Of a stretch of 64,000 nucleotides of DNA, positions 18,347 through 27,415 are shown one piece after another (the first letter of the stretch is position 1; each line of letters opens with the position of its first letter). The stretch is from a virus. The notes under the pieces are model-generated. The model ran no database searches and was not told the origin of the DNA. It worked only from the letters and a program-made list of their open reading frames with translations. Location of the stretch: positions 8,377-72,376 of the IMG/VR virus record IMGVR_UViG_3300024509_000014; one strand, given 5' to 3'. The position numbers and the translations under genes are program-made.

Positions 18347-19367
18347 GCGGCTGCGCAAAATAGCAGCTGCCGCCACCCAAAAGCTGGAGACTGTTCTTGA
18401 CGCCCTCGGGCTGGAGTACAAGCCTGCCGAGAATTCCTTCTTTACGGCATGCCCAGTCCATGGTGGCGACAACCCGACCGGCTGTAGGGTTTACTACAAC
18501 GCCTCAATGGGCTACTGGCAATGCTTCACTCGTGGTTGCGAGAAAGTCTTCCGGGATGACACTTTCGGGTTTGTGCGGGGAGCATTGTCCCGCCAGCGTT
18601 ACGGGTGGGTCGCTGAAGGAGACAAGGTCGCCACGGTCGCAGAAACCGAGAAGTTCCTTTCGGCTCTGTTGGCGATTGCCCCGGGGGCAGACATACCCCA
18701 GGTTGACAAGAGTCAGCGGGAATTCGTCACGGCAACCCGGATCATGCAGGTCGAGAGCGGTCCCGTGGGCAAATGGGGGCGTGATCTTGTCCGATCCCGG
18801 ATGGAGATACCCAGCAAGTTCTTCCAGGGGCGCGGATTTGGCCAGGAGGTCTTGAACCATTTCGATGTCGGCGACACGAAGCAGGGGCCTTTTGCTGGCC
18901 GCGCTGTTGTCCCCGTTTATGACTACACGGGCCGCATGGCCGTTGGTTTTTCTGCCCGGGCCATCGGGGACATGCAGCCAAAGTGGCGTCATTCCGAGGG
19001 GTTCTCCCGCTCCCGCGTCCTTTACAACCAGTTTGCTGCGTTTCGGGATGCTCGTCGCAACGGAACCATCATCCTGACTGAAGGCCCCTGTGATGTTTGG
19101 CGCCTTTGGGAAGCCGGTTATCACAATGCGGTGGCACTGTTTGGCGTTGCCTTGAGCGATGCCCAGCAAGTCCTGCTGGAGTCATCTGGAGCAAGCCGTG
19201 TGATCGTCTTCCTGGATGACGATGAGGCTGGCCAGATAGCTTCACAAAAAATCATCGGCCAGCTTTCTCGGTCTTTTCGAGTGCTTTCAGCCCAGGCTGG
19301 CAAGGGACGCGATCCTGCCGATTTGTCTGTCGACGAAATGAAAGAGATTTTAGGGAGACTCAAGTAA
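18246..19367 (+). CDS. dnaG: DNA primase (zinc finger plus TOPRIM)
   Basis: CPVHGGDN...WQCFTRGC, GFSARAI, ILTEGPCDV, FLDDDEAG, DPAD; start uncertain. Confidence 0.9.
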   Translation: MADSRKDRRGTDYSEANPRGQASTIPPKSPQNFERLRKIAAAATQKLETVLDALGLEYKPAENSFFTACPVHGGDNPTGCRVYYNASMGYWQCFTRGCEKVFRDDTFGFVRGALSRQRYGWVAEGDKVATVAETEKFLSALLAIAPGADIPQVDKSQREFVTATRIMQVESGPVGKWGRDLVRSRMEIPSKFFQGRGFGQEVLNHFDVGDTKQGPFAGRAVVPVYDYTGRMAVGFSARAIGDMQPKWRHSEGFSRSRVLYNQFAAFRDARRNGTIILTEGPCDVWRLWEAGYHNAVALFGVALSDAQQVLLESSGASRVIVFLDDDEAGQIASQKIIGQLSRSFRVLSAQAGKGRDPADLSVDEMKEILGRLK

Positions 19368-19984
19368 TGCTGATAGGAATCGCTGGACGCAAGGGTGCCG
19401 GTAAAGACACTTTGGCCATGGATTTGGTGAGAAGTTCCTACCGCATCAACAGTTATTTCGGCGGCGGCAAGGTCTTCCATATGGCCGACACACTCAAGGA
19501 AGTGTGCATCAAGCTGCTTGGTCTTCAGGCTGAGTTGGTCTATGGCACCCAGCAGGACAAGGAAAAGCCCACCCATCTGAAATGGGAGGATATGCCCACC
19601 TACCCGCTGATGACGAATCCGAAACCTTCCGGGGTCATGAGTGTGCGGGAGGTACTGCAATATTTTGGCACCGAAATCTGTCGCAAAATGTACCCGAAAG
19701 TTCACATTGACGCAACATTGAACGCAATTGCGCAATACGAGGAAAAGTCAGACTCCAAAGGGATTTATGTCGTTGCCGACCTGCGTTTTCCCAACGAGTG
19801 CCAAGCCATCAAAGAAGATGGTGGAATCGTCATAGGTTTAACACGAGGTGAAAAAGGTGACAATCATACTAGCGAAAATGCTTTAGACGACTATTCTTTT
19901 GATGTGTTGATAGACAATATCGGCATGTCTCGCGAAGAACAGCTTGAAGCCGCCATAAAATCCCTGAGAAGGAGCTACCGTTGA
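19367..19984 (+). CDS. Deoxynucleoside monophosphate kinase
   Basis: IGIAGRKGAGKDT, ADTLK, REVLQYFGTE, DLRFPNE, HTSE. Confidence 0.88.
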   Translation: MLIGIAGRKGAGKDTLAMDLVRSSYRINSYFGGGKVFHMADTLKEVCIKLLGLQAELVYGTQQDKEKPTHLKWEDMPTYPLMTNPKPSGVMSVREVLQYFGTEICRKMYPKVHIDATLNAIAQYEEKSDSKGIYVVADLRFPNECQAIKEDGGIVIGLTRGEKGDNHTSENALDDYSFDVLIDNIGMSREEQLEAAIKSLRRSYR

Positions 19985-21042
19985 TCGTCACTTTTTTGCG
20001 ATCCAGCTCAGTTGGGTCTTACGGGTGGTGTCCTCATAAGTTCTTTATCACAAGCAACTTAGGACACAAGGAACCATCCGGCAAAAAAGCAGAATCTGGC
20101 AATATTGTTCACAAGGCCCTGGAGTTGTTGGCCCGCAAAAAATTAGCGCATCAAAATAGAGAGCGAACTTTTTCTGATCCAGAAGTCGAAAAAGAGTTTG
20201 ATACGGCCACCTTCACCCCGGAATTGGCTATAGAAGCTGGTTGGGATCACTACACCAACCCAGAACGGACTATTCATCCCTGGACCAAAGGTGATCGTAA
20301 AAAATGTGAACAATGGACTTGGGATGTCCTGCTGTTTAACGACGGCATGTTCTCTCCGGTCAATCGCAATGTTGTCATGCCAGAGCAATATTTTGAAATC
20401 ACTCTGCCGCACGACTGGGCCAAGTACGAATATTCCCTGCCTGATGGCCGTCGCTACGAAGGCCAATTGATTTTGCGTGGCACGATGGATCTCGTCACCA
20501 GGGTGAGGCCTGGACTCATCGAATACATCGATTGGAAAACAGGCAAGCGTCGATGCTGGGTAAAAGACAAGGTAAAAGAATACGAAGATATGTACGAAGA
20601 TTTTCAGCTTCGTCTATATCATTATGCATTGTGCGAGCTTTATCCAGACGATGATATCTTAATGACGATCTTTTTTGTGCAGGATGGTGGTCCTTATTCT
20701 CTCTGCCTGCAACGATCCGATCTGCCCGACACCCTCCAGATGATCCGTCGTGAGTTTGAGAAGATCAAAAGAGACAACGCTCCCAGTCGGATTCTTGACC
20801 GCGACCCAAACAATTGGAAATGCAGTCGCCTCTGTTCTTTTTTTGATGACGAACATCCAGAATCTGGTCTTTCGACCTGCCAACACTACAGGAACGAAAT
20901 TGTTCAACTTGGCATCGACCGGGTTGTTGCCAAATACGCTCTGGGCGAACCCTGGGCTGGATATGGGTCTGGTGGCGGTAGAACAGAAAGGGTTGACGAA
21001 ACCGCCAATCAAACCGTAGTATCTTCGGGAGTTGTGTCGTGA
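19981..21042 (+). CDS. PD-(D/E)XK exonuclease, Cas4/AddB-like
   Basis: WCP, GNIVHKALE, GTMDL...IDWKTG, QLRLY, C-terminal Cys cluster. Confidence 0.82.
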   Translation: MIVTFLRSSSVGSYGWCPHKFFITSNLGHKEPSGKKAESGNIVHKALELLARKKLAHQNRERTFSDPEVEKEFDTATFTPELAIEAGWDHYTNPERTIHPWTKGDRKKCEQWTWDVLLFNDGMFSPVNRNVVMPEQYFEITLPHDWAKYEYSLPDGRRYEGQLILRGTMDLVTRVRPGLIEYIDWKTGKRRCWVKDKVKEYEDMYEDFQLRLYHYALCELYPDDDILMTIFFVQDGGPYSLCLQRSDLPDTLQMIRREFEKIKRDNAPSRILDRDPNNWKCSRLCSFFDDEHPESGLSTCQHYRNEIVQLGIDRVVAKYALGEPWAGYGSGGGRTERVDETANQTVVSSGVVS

Positions 21043-21539
21043 CTAACTGTCATTTGAAAATCGGGACTAAGATCACATTAAACGAAGCCGAGCAAAGATT
21101 GGCTAAGTTCTTGGCAAAGTCCAGATATATGCAAAACAGGAAGTCCAACACAAAAGACGGCAAGGTGGGGCCGCAGGACTGCGAGACAACTGATCTGGAA
21201 GGAATCGCTGCCGAGATCGCTTTCTGCAAGATGACCAATGTTTATCCAGATTTGCAACTGGATGAACGCCCCGACTTCGACGCAACTTTGCCCTGTGGCA
21301 CCACTGTGGATGTCAAGGCCACTCGCTATAGAAGCGGTCGCCTTTTGGCTGTCCCCGGCAAGGCCAACAAATCAGACGATCTTGATGCGTATTCGCTCAT
21401 TGTGGGCGAGTTTCCAGGCCCCTATGAGTTTAGGGGCTTTATGAGAAGTGATGACCTCTTGCGGCAAGAGAGACTCACCAATTTGGGCCACGGCCCGACC
21501 TACGCCGCGGATCAGAAGGAGCTTGTTGAACAACCATGA
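21039..21539 (+). CDS. Conserved phage protein, possible PD-(D/E)XK fold
   Basis: GIAAEIAF...PDFD...VDVKAT. Confidence 0.6.
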   Translation: MTNCHLKIGTKITLNEAEQRLAKFLAKSRYMQNRKSNTKDGKVGPQDCETTDLEGIAAEIAFCKMTNVYPDLQLDERPDFDATLPCGTTVDVKATRYRSGRLLAVPGKANKSDDLDAYSLIVGEFPGPYEFRGFMRSDDLLRQERLTNLGHGPTYAADQKELVEQP

Positions 21540-21862
21540 GTCTTGCCAATTATCAGGTGGATGCCCGCACGACTGCTATCTACCCGCCCGAAGTGAAGGT
21601 GATCTATCCGGCTCTTGGTCTGGCCGGGGAGGCCGGTGAGGTCTGCAACAAAACCAAGAAGATTTTGCGCGACGACGGTGGAAGGATGACTGAGGAGAAG
21701 CGGACTCAGCTGATCGACGAGTTGGGCGATGTCCTCTGGTATGTCGCCAACCTCGCCACCGATCTGGGAGTGACCCTTGACGAAGTGGCCAGGATCAATC
21801 TGGCCAAATTGAACAGTCGCAAAGAGCGTGGCACCATCACGGGCAGCGGGGACAATCGGTGA
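21536..21862 (+). CDS. mazG: MazG-like nucleotide pyrophosphohydrolase
   Basis: LGLAGEAGEV...DELGDVLWYVA...NLAKL..R. Confidence 0.9.
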   Translation: MSLANYQVDARTTAIYPPEVKVIYPALGLAGEAGEVCNKTKKILRDDGGRMTEEKRTQLIDELGDVLWYVANLATDLGVTLDEVARINLAKLNSRKERGTITGSGDNR

Positions 21863-22440
21863 CCAAGCTGACCTGCTATTTGGATTTGGACGGGGTCCTG
21901 GCGGATTTTACCGCCGGGGCCATCTCCCTCCACAAGCTCCCGGTCACCCACAAGGATGTGGACTGTTGGGATTTTCACCACAAGCTAGGCTTCCAGGGCG
22001 ACAACGAGAAGAAGTTTTGGGAGCCTATGGGCTTCGACTTCTGGGCCAACCTACCCAAGACCAGAGAGCACGATGCCGTACTGTCGATCGTGGAAGAGGT
22101 TTTTGGCGACAAAGTAGTAATAGCTACTTCTCCAGCATCAACGCCAGGGTGTGTTGAGGGCAAGATTGCCTGGATCAACAAACATCTTCCGGCTTATTCG
22201 CGTAGGTTTGTTGTGGGCGCCTCCAAACACCTCATGGCCAGTTACGGCAAAATCCTGATAGACGATTACGAAGTCAACACAAAACGCTTTTTTGAGCACG
22301 GTGGAACAGCTATTCTTTTCCCTAGGTTGTACAACAGTCGTGGCCATCTGACTGTCGACGGTCATTTTGACAAGATGGACACCTTTCATATGTGGCTAAA
22401 GGATGCGGTGCGTTACCATAATTTTTTCGGGGATGCTTAG
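21859..22440 (+). CDS. HAD-family 5'(3')-deoxyribonucleotidase
   Basis: DLDGVLADF, ATSP, K..WI, LIDD. Confidence 0.85.
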   Translation: MTKLTCYLDLDGVLADFTAGAISLHKLPVTHKDVDCWDFHHKLGFQGDNEKKFWEPMGFDFWANLPKTREHDAVLSIVEEVFGDKVVIATSPASTPGCVEGKIAWINKHLPAYSRRFVVGASKHLMASYGKILIDDYEVNTKRFFEHGGTAILFPRLYNSRGHLTVDGHFDKMDTFHMWLKDAVRYHNFFGDA

Positions 22441-22482
22441 GGGTAGGGGTTGGTCTTTGTCTTTCAGGGGTGGGGGTTGTCA

Positions 22483-24408
22483 ATGAGTTGGGTTCCGCTG
22501 CATTGTCACAGCATGTATAGCTTGCTTGATGGGCTTAGCAAGCCTGATGCTATTGCTAGCAGATGTGAGAAGTTGGGCTACAAGGCTTGTGCGATTACTG
22601 ATCATGGCACGCTTTCCGGCGTCGCCGCTTTTTCCAAGGCCCTTCGCAAGAAAAATATCAAGCCGATCCTTGGGTCGGAATTTTATCTTTGTTCTGGACC
22701 CGCACACGACAAGCGCCCCGAGAATGGATCGCTGTCGCACCTGTGTGTGTTGGCAAAGGGCGAGGAGGGATGGAAGAGACTCGTTCAAGCCTCGAGCGAC
22801 TCGAACGACCCCAATCATTTTTACCGCAAGCCTAGGCTGGACTTGGAGTTGCTGGCAAAACATGCGGACGGCAAGTTCATCGTTTTTTCTGGACATCCTG
22901 GTAGCGACCTCTGCAATGCCTTGTTTGAAAATCCCAAAGCTGCCTATGGCTGCCAGACATACGAGCAGGCCAGGGCAATGGTGCCTTCCGACTGGGAAAA
23001 GCGCCTTCTCGCAGTTACAAATCGATACAGGAATCTGTTCGGGGACAAAAATTTTTGGATTGAGATCCAAGCTGTCGATCAGGACAACCTTCCGGCCGCT
23101 GCCGTGACGGTCAAGGCATTGCGTCATTTTGCCAAGAAATACAACATTAAAACGCTAGCTACTCCAGACGCCCACTATCCAGCCAGCGAAGATGCTGCGG
23201 ATCAAAGAGTTCTGCTTTGTTCTGCTATGCAAACAACTCTTCCTACGATACACTCAGCATTATCCAAGCAAGAAGATGTTTCTCTTGGTGGTTTCTTCAG
23301 GTCTAATCGCTATCATATTCCAGATTTTGATGAGGTGAAAGGCCTGCACACGCCTCAGGAAATTGATGCGTCTCTGGAGATCAGCGATTTATGCGGGGAT
23401 TATGACATCCTTTCCAAACCTCAGCTGCCTGAGTTTGCCTGCCCCAACGGCATGAGTGCCGACGAGTATGTGCGTCAGCTTTGTCGTGAAGGCTGGAAAA
23501 AGAAATTGAAGCACGCTGCTCAGGGCACGCCTGAATTTGTCGCCTACGGCGATCGGGTCAAGAAAGAGCTTGGGGTTATCACCGAGGCTGGGTTGTCTGC
23601 CTACTTCCTGATCGTGTCTGAATATTGCGATTGGGCGAGGAGCCAGGGGTGGTTGGTTGGCAAAGGACGCGGTTCTGGTGCCGGATGTCTGGTCAGCTAC
23701 CTGCTCGGCATCACCAATGTTGACCCCGTCAAATACAACCTGCTGTTTGAGCGTTTTTACAACGCAGGTCGCAACCAGCCTGGTCGCGTGAGCCTGCCGG
23801 ATATTGATTGCGACTTCCCCATCTCGCACCGTGATGAAGTTGTGCAACACATGCGCGACCGCTACGGCGAGGATCGTGTTGCCCAGATGGTCACTTTTTC
23901 TAGACTACAGGGGCGTGCTGCCATCAAGGATGTTTTAAGGGCGCATGAAAAGGGGACTTTCGATGAAATCAACAAGATTACCGACCATATTCCTGACGAG
24001 GCAGCCATCTCTGATGAACTTCAGGAAATGCGCGAGGAGACAGGCGAAGCATCAATCTTGATGTGGGCCTTGGAGAACAACGCCAAGGAACTAGCTCCCT
24101 GGTGTCGCATCGGAGACAGCGGTCAACTGGAAGGGCCTCTGGCCGTAGAGTTTGCCCAAGCTATCCGTCTTGAAGGAACTAAGCGAAATCAATCAAAACA
24201 TGCGGCTGGCGTGGTGATTGCGCCTAGATCGTTGGCCGACTGCTGTCCTATGGTATTTGACAAGTCTACGAACCGTCGCATCTGCGGTGTGGAAATGTCC
24301 GACTTGGAAGCCATGGGCTTTGTCAAGTTTGACATCTTGGGGGTCGCAGCCCTCGACAAGATGCAAGGTGCTATTTCTTTGCTGAAGGGGGGGTCTGTCC
24401 GTGTTTGA
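22483..24408 (+). CDS. dnaE: DNA polymerase III alpha, N-terminal half (PHP plus palm)
   Basis: LHCHSMYSLLDG, AITDHG, DAHY, GRGSGAG, LLFERF, PDIDCDF, KHAAGVVI, GFVKFDILG then stop. Confidence 0.93.
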   Translation: MSWVPLHCHSMYSLLDGLSKPDAIASRCEKLGYKACAITDHGTLSGVAAFSKALRKKNIKPILGSEFYLCSGPAHDKRPENGSLSHLCVLAKGEEGWKRLVQASSDSNDPNHFYRKPRLDLELLAKHADGKFIVFSGHPGSDLCNALFENPKAAYGCQTYEQARAMVPSDWEKRLLAVTNRYRNLFGDKNFWIEIQAVDQDNLPAAAVTVKALRHFAKKYNIKTLATPDAHYPASEDAADQRVLLCSAMQTTLPTIHSALSKQEDVSLGGFFRSNRYHIPDFDEVKGLHTPQEIDASLEISDLCGDYDILSKPQLPEFACPNGMSADEYVRQLCREGWKKKLKHAAQGTPEFVAYGDRVKKELGVITEAGLSAYFLIVSEYCDWARSQGWLVGKGRGSGAGCLVSYLLGITNVDPVKYNLLFERFYNAGRNQPGRVSLPDIDCDFPISHRDEVVQHMRDRYGEDRVAQMVTFSRLQGRAAIKDVLRAHEKGTFDEINKITDHIPDEAAISDELQEMREETGEASILMWALENNAKELAPWCRIGDSGQLEGPLAVEFAQAIRLEGTKRNQSKHAAGVVIAPRSLADCCPMVFDKSTNRRICGVEMSDLEAMGFVKFDILGVAALDKMQGAISLLKGGSVRV

Positions 24409-24691
24409 TGAAGAATCTGAAGAAGTTGGTCTTTCCAAGCGCATGGTGGCACACAATCTGGCTTTGTTGGACGCCCTTGCTGAAGCTTCTGAGGCCAAGA
24501 AACGCATGGCCGAGGAGATGGGCAATGTCATCAAGGCGATCCTGATCAAATTCGGGGGGGAGATCACGCTGGATGGCACATTCATCGCCGCTGCTGAATC
24601 GCCAACCTGCACATTGAATCACGAGATTCTGTCCAACGGCGAAGTCCTGCGGTTTTGGGTCGAGGAAGTCGAAGAGGGGGACGACGAATGA
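24401..24691 (+). CDS. Small acidic hypothetical protein
   Basis: Overlaps both neighbours; lies inside the split dnaE locus. Confidence 0.65.
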   Translation: MFDEESEEVGLSKRMVAHNLALLDALAEASEAKKRMAEEMGNVIKAILIKFGGEITLDGTFIAAAESPTCTLNHEILSNGEVLRFWVEEVEEGDDE

Positions 24692-25344
24692 CCACCAACA
24701 TCATCATTTGTTTTGACTTTGAGACGGGCGGTTTGGACATCAGAACCACCGAGCCAATCGAAATCGCTGCGGTCGCCATCAACCCCAGGACTCTGTCGGT
24801 AGTGCCGGATGGCACATTCTACAGCCTGTGCAAGCCGACCGATTTCTCCCTCCTGCAAGACCAGGCTCTGGCCGTCAACGGCAAGACGCGTGACCAGCTG
24901 AGGGCTGCGCCTGAGCAGGAAGCGGTCTGGCGTTCTTTCTGTTCTTTCATCAAGCGGTTCAATCCCAAGGGGAACAGCTTCACGACGGCGCCCATTGCCG
25001 CCGGGAAAAACATCCGCGCTTTTGACCTGCCGATTTTCAATCGTCTTTGCGCCAAGTACGGCTTTGCCGACAAGAACGGGGATCAAAACCTGTTCCATCG
25101 CCGGAAGGTCTATGACTTGGAGGATCTGCTGGAGTTCTGGTTTCATGACTCCGAAGAGCTTCCCGATCGCAAGATGGACACCTTGCGCGGATATTTTGGG
25201 ATGAGCCGGGACGGGGCGCATTCGGCCATGGTGGACACGAAACAGACGGCAGAATTGATCGTCCGCTTTTTGAAAGTGCATCGGTATTATGCCGCCAAAA
25301 TCCCGTTCCGTGGAGCTTGCGCCAAGAACCCGGTGATCATCTGA
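24688..25344 (+). CDS. DEDDh 3'-5' exonuclease (DnaQ/epsilon-like)
   Basis: FDFETGG, NIRAFD, HSAMVD. Confidence 0.88.
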   Translation: MTTNIIICFDFETGGLDIRTTEPIEIAAVAINPRTLSVVPDGTFYSLCKPTDFSLLQDQALAVNGKTRDQLRAAPEQEAVWRSFCSFIKRFNPKGNSFTTAPIAAGKNIRAFDLPIFNRLCAKYGFADKNGDQNLFHRRKVYDLEDLLEFWFHDSEELPDRKMDTLRGYFGMSRDGAHSAMVDTKQTAELIVRFLKVHRYYAAKIPFRGACAKNPVII

Positions 25345-26975
25345 TGGCCGAGTATCACATGTCCTGTGGTTGTTCCTGGCCGATAGTCGGGGATTCGCCA
25401 CGCCAAGGCGCTCTTCCCCTGCTTGATGTCGATGTGTCCAAGCTGCCGGATTGTCATCTGGCCTGGGACATCATGTCGATTGGCAATACCAAGGGTGTCT
25501 TCCAGCTGGAAAGCCGGCTGGGGGCAACCTGGGCCAAAAAGCTCAGGCCCAGGAATGACGAGCACCTTTCGGCTTTGGGCGCTTTGTTGCGCCCGGGCTG
25601 TTTGGCCGCCAAAGACGAGAACGGCATCAGCCTGACCGAACACTACTGCCGTCGCGTCAACAAAGAAGAGCCTGCTGACTCGTTCGACCCCGCCCTAGAC
25701 GAAATACTCGGGCCGACTGAGCAGATTTTGGTTTATCAAGAACAAGCCATGCAGATTGGAGCAAAGTTTGCTGGCTTCGATCTTAAAAATGTCGACAGGC
25801 TACGCAAGGCCATCGGCAAGAAGGATCAGAAGGAAATGGCCGAGGTCAAGCGGCTTTTCCTTGAGGGGGCAGAAAAGGTCAAGGTCGTTTCCATGGATGT
25901 GGCCGAGACCGTTTGGGGCTGGATCGAGAAGGCTGGACGGTACTCTTTCAACAAGTCCCACAGCATGAGCTACGGGCTGACTGGGTACGACACCGCCTAT
26001 CTCAAGTCCCACTTCCCGGTGCAGTTCTATACCTCGTGGCTGGCCTACGCCGAAGACAAGGTTGATCCGGATCAGGAAGTCATGGAGTTGGTCGAGGATG
26101 CCCGCAGGGCCGGGATCACCGTGTTTCCGCCCGATGTCCGCCACAAACAGATGATTTTCTGGACAGATGGCGTCGATATCTTTTTCGGGCTGTCAAACAT
26201 CAAGGGGTTGGGACAGTCCAATCTACACAAGCTGTTTGAGATTATGGAAAAAGCCGAGAAGGATTTGGGCAAGAAATCCACCGAATTCACTTGGGTCGAA
26301 TGGCTTGTGCATGTTGCCGCAGAAACACCTTCGGTGAATCACAAGCTGATCATGGCGGGCGCCCTGGATTGGGCGGGACGCAAGCGGCAACGAATGCTGG
26401 CCGAGATCGATGTTGTCGCCTCGCTCACCAAGAAGGAGCAGGCCTGGATTCTGAAGAACTGCAATGGAGACGAGCCGTTTGTCGATGTGCTTCGACGGTT
26501 GGCCAAACCGAAGAAGGAAGGCGGTGGTGTGGCCAATGTGAAACGCGGGTCTCTGGTGAATGGCCAGGCGACCCTTCTGGAGAATCCACCCACCCCGTTG
26601 AGCGACCATCCGGCTTGGATGGCTTGGGCAGAAGAGCAGGTCTTTGGGTTCGCCCTGACCTGTTCTCGCGTTGACGGTTGCGATCTGGGTGACGCAAACA
26701 CGACCTGCGGCGAATTCTTGGCTGGAAAGACTGGATTTCTTCTCCTTGGCGTTGAGGTGAGAGGGGTCAGGTCGTTTAAGACAAAGAAAGGGACCATGAT
26801 GGCTTTCCTTTCTCTATCGGATTCGTCCGGGATGCTGGACGATGTGGTGTGTTTCTCTGAGCCTTGGGAGGAGTACAAGCATCTCCTGTCTGAGGGGAAC
26901 ACGGTTTTGGTGCAGGGCGAACGAGACCCCAAGAAAGGTTCGTTGGTCGTGCGCAAGGTTTTTCAGATGTCATGA
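25344..26975 (+). CDS. dnaE: DNA polymerase III alpha, C-terminal half (fingers, HhH, OB)
   Basis: GVFQLES, LRPG, VYQEQAM, LRKAIGKK, YSFNKSHS, GLSNIKGLG, TKKGTMMAF. Confidence 0.93.
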   Translation: MAEYHMSCGCSWPIVGDSPRQGALPLLDVDVSKLPDCHLAWDIMSIGNTKGVFQLESRLGATWAKKLRPRNDEHLSALGALLRPGCLAAKDENGISLTEHYCRRVNKEEPADSFDPALDEILGPTEQILVYQEQAMQIGAKFAGFDLKNVDRLRKAIGKKDQKEMAEVKRLFLEGAEKVKVVSMDVAETVWGWIEKAGRYSFNKSHSMSYGLTGYDTAYLKSHFPVQFYTSWLAYAEDKVDPDQEVMELVEDARRAGITVFPPDVRHKQMIFWTDGVDIFFGLSNIKGLGQSNLHKLFEIMEKAEKDLGKKSTEFTWVEWLVHVAAETPSVNHKLIMAGALDWAGRKRQRMLAEIDVVASLTKKEQAWILKNCNGDEPFVDVLRRLAKPKKEGGGVANVKRGSLVNGQATLLENPPTPLSDHPAWMAWAEEQVFGFALTCSRVDGCDLGDANTTCGEFLAGKTGFLLLGVEVRGVRSFKTKKGTMMAFLSLSDSSGMLDDVVCFSEPWEEYKHLLSEGNTVLVQGERDPKKGSLVVRKVFQMS

Positions 26976-26984
26976 GGTGAATTC

Positions 26985-27407
26985 GTGAACAATTGCATTT
27001 TCATTGGGAACTTCGTGCGTGACCCCGAGCTTCAGAGCGTGGGGGCTGAACACCGCGTGGCAAAATTTGCCATCGCTGTCAACGGTGGCCGCAAGAACCG
27101 CAACGGAGAGGAGGAGGTCGCATTCATTGAGTGCGAAGCCTGGGACAAATCCGCTGACACCATCAGCAAGTACATGAAGAAGGGGTCGAAGATCGCCATC
27201 CAGGCGACCGCACGCACCGACACCTGGACTGACAAGTCGAGTGGCACCAAGCGTTCGACCTTGCGTTTTCGGGTGAACAACTTCACCTTCCTGGGAGCCA
27301 AGAACACCGAAGCCAGATCGGATAAGGCCGTAGCAGCCGGGGTGGGTGCCGAGGACGAGGGTGTCGGTTTTGCCAGTGGTGCTGACGGCGAAGAAATCCC
27401 CTTCTGA
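26985..27407 (+). CDS. ssb: Single-stranded DNA-binding protein
   Basis: IGNFVRDPEL, F.IAVN, KKGS, C-terminal EEIPF. Confidence 0.93.
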   Translation: MNNCIFIGNFVRDPELQSVGAEHRVAKFAIAVNGGRKNRNGEEEVAFIECEAWDKSADTISKYMKKGSKIAIQATARTDTWTDKSSGTKRSTLRFRVNNFTFLGAKNTEARSDKAVAAGVGAEDEGVGFASGADGEEIPF

Positions 27408-27415
27408 GAAAAACA

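Noticed and set aside
19981-21042. CRISPR-Cas system suggested by the Cas4-like nuclease
   Set aside because: No array or other cas genes; solo Cas4-like nucleases are common in phage replication modules
24300-25500. Split intein or group I intron joining the dnaE halves
   Set aside because: No intein N- or C-terminal motifs; the gap is fully occupied by coupled ORFs and no intron structure is evident
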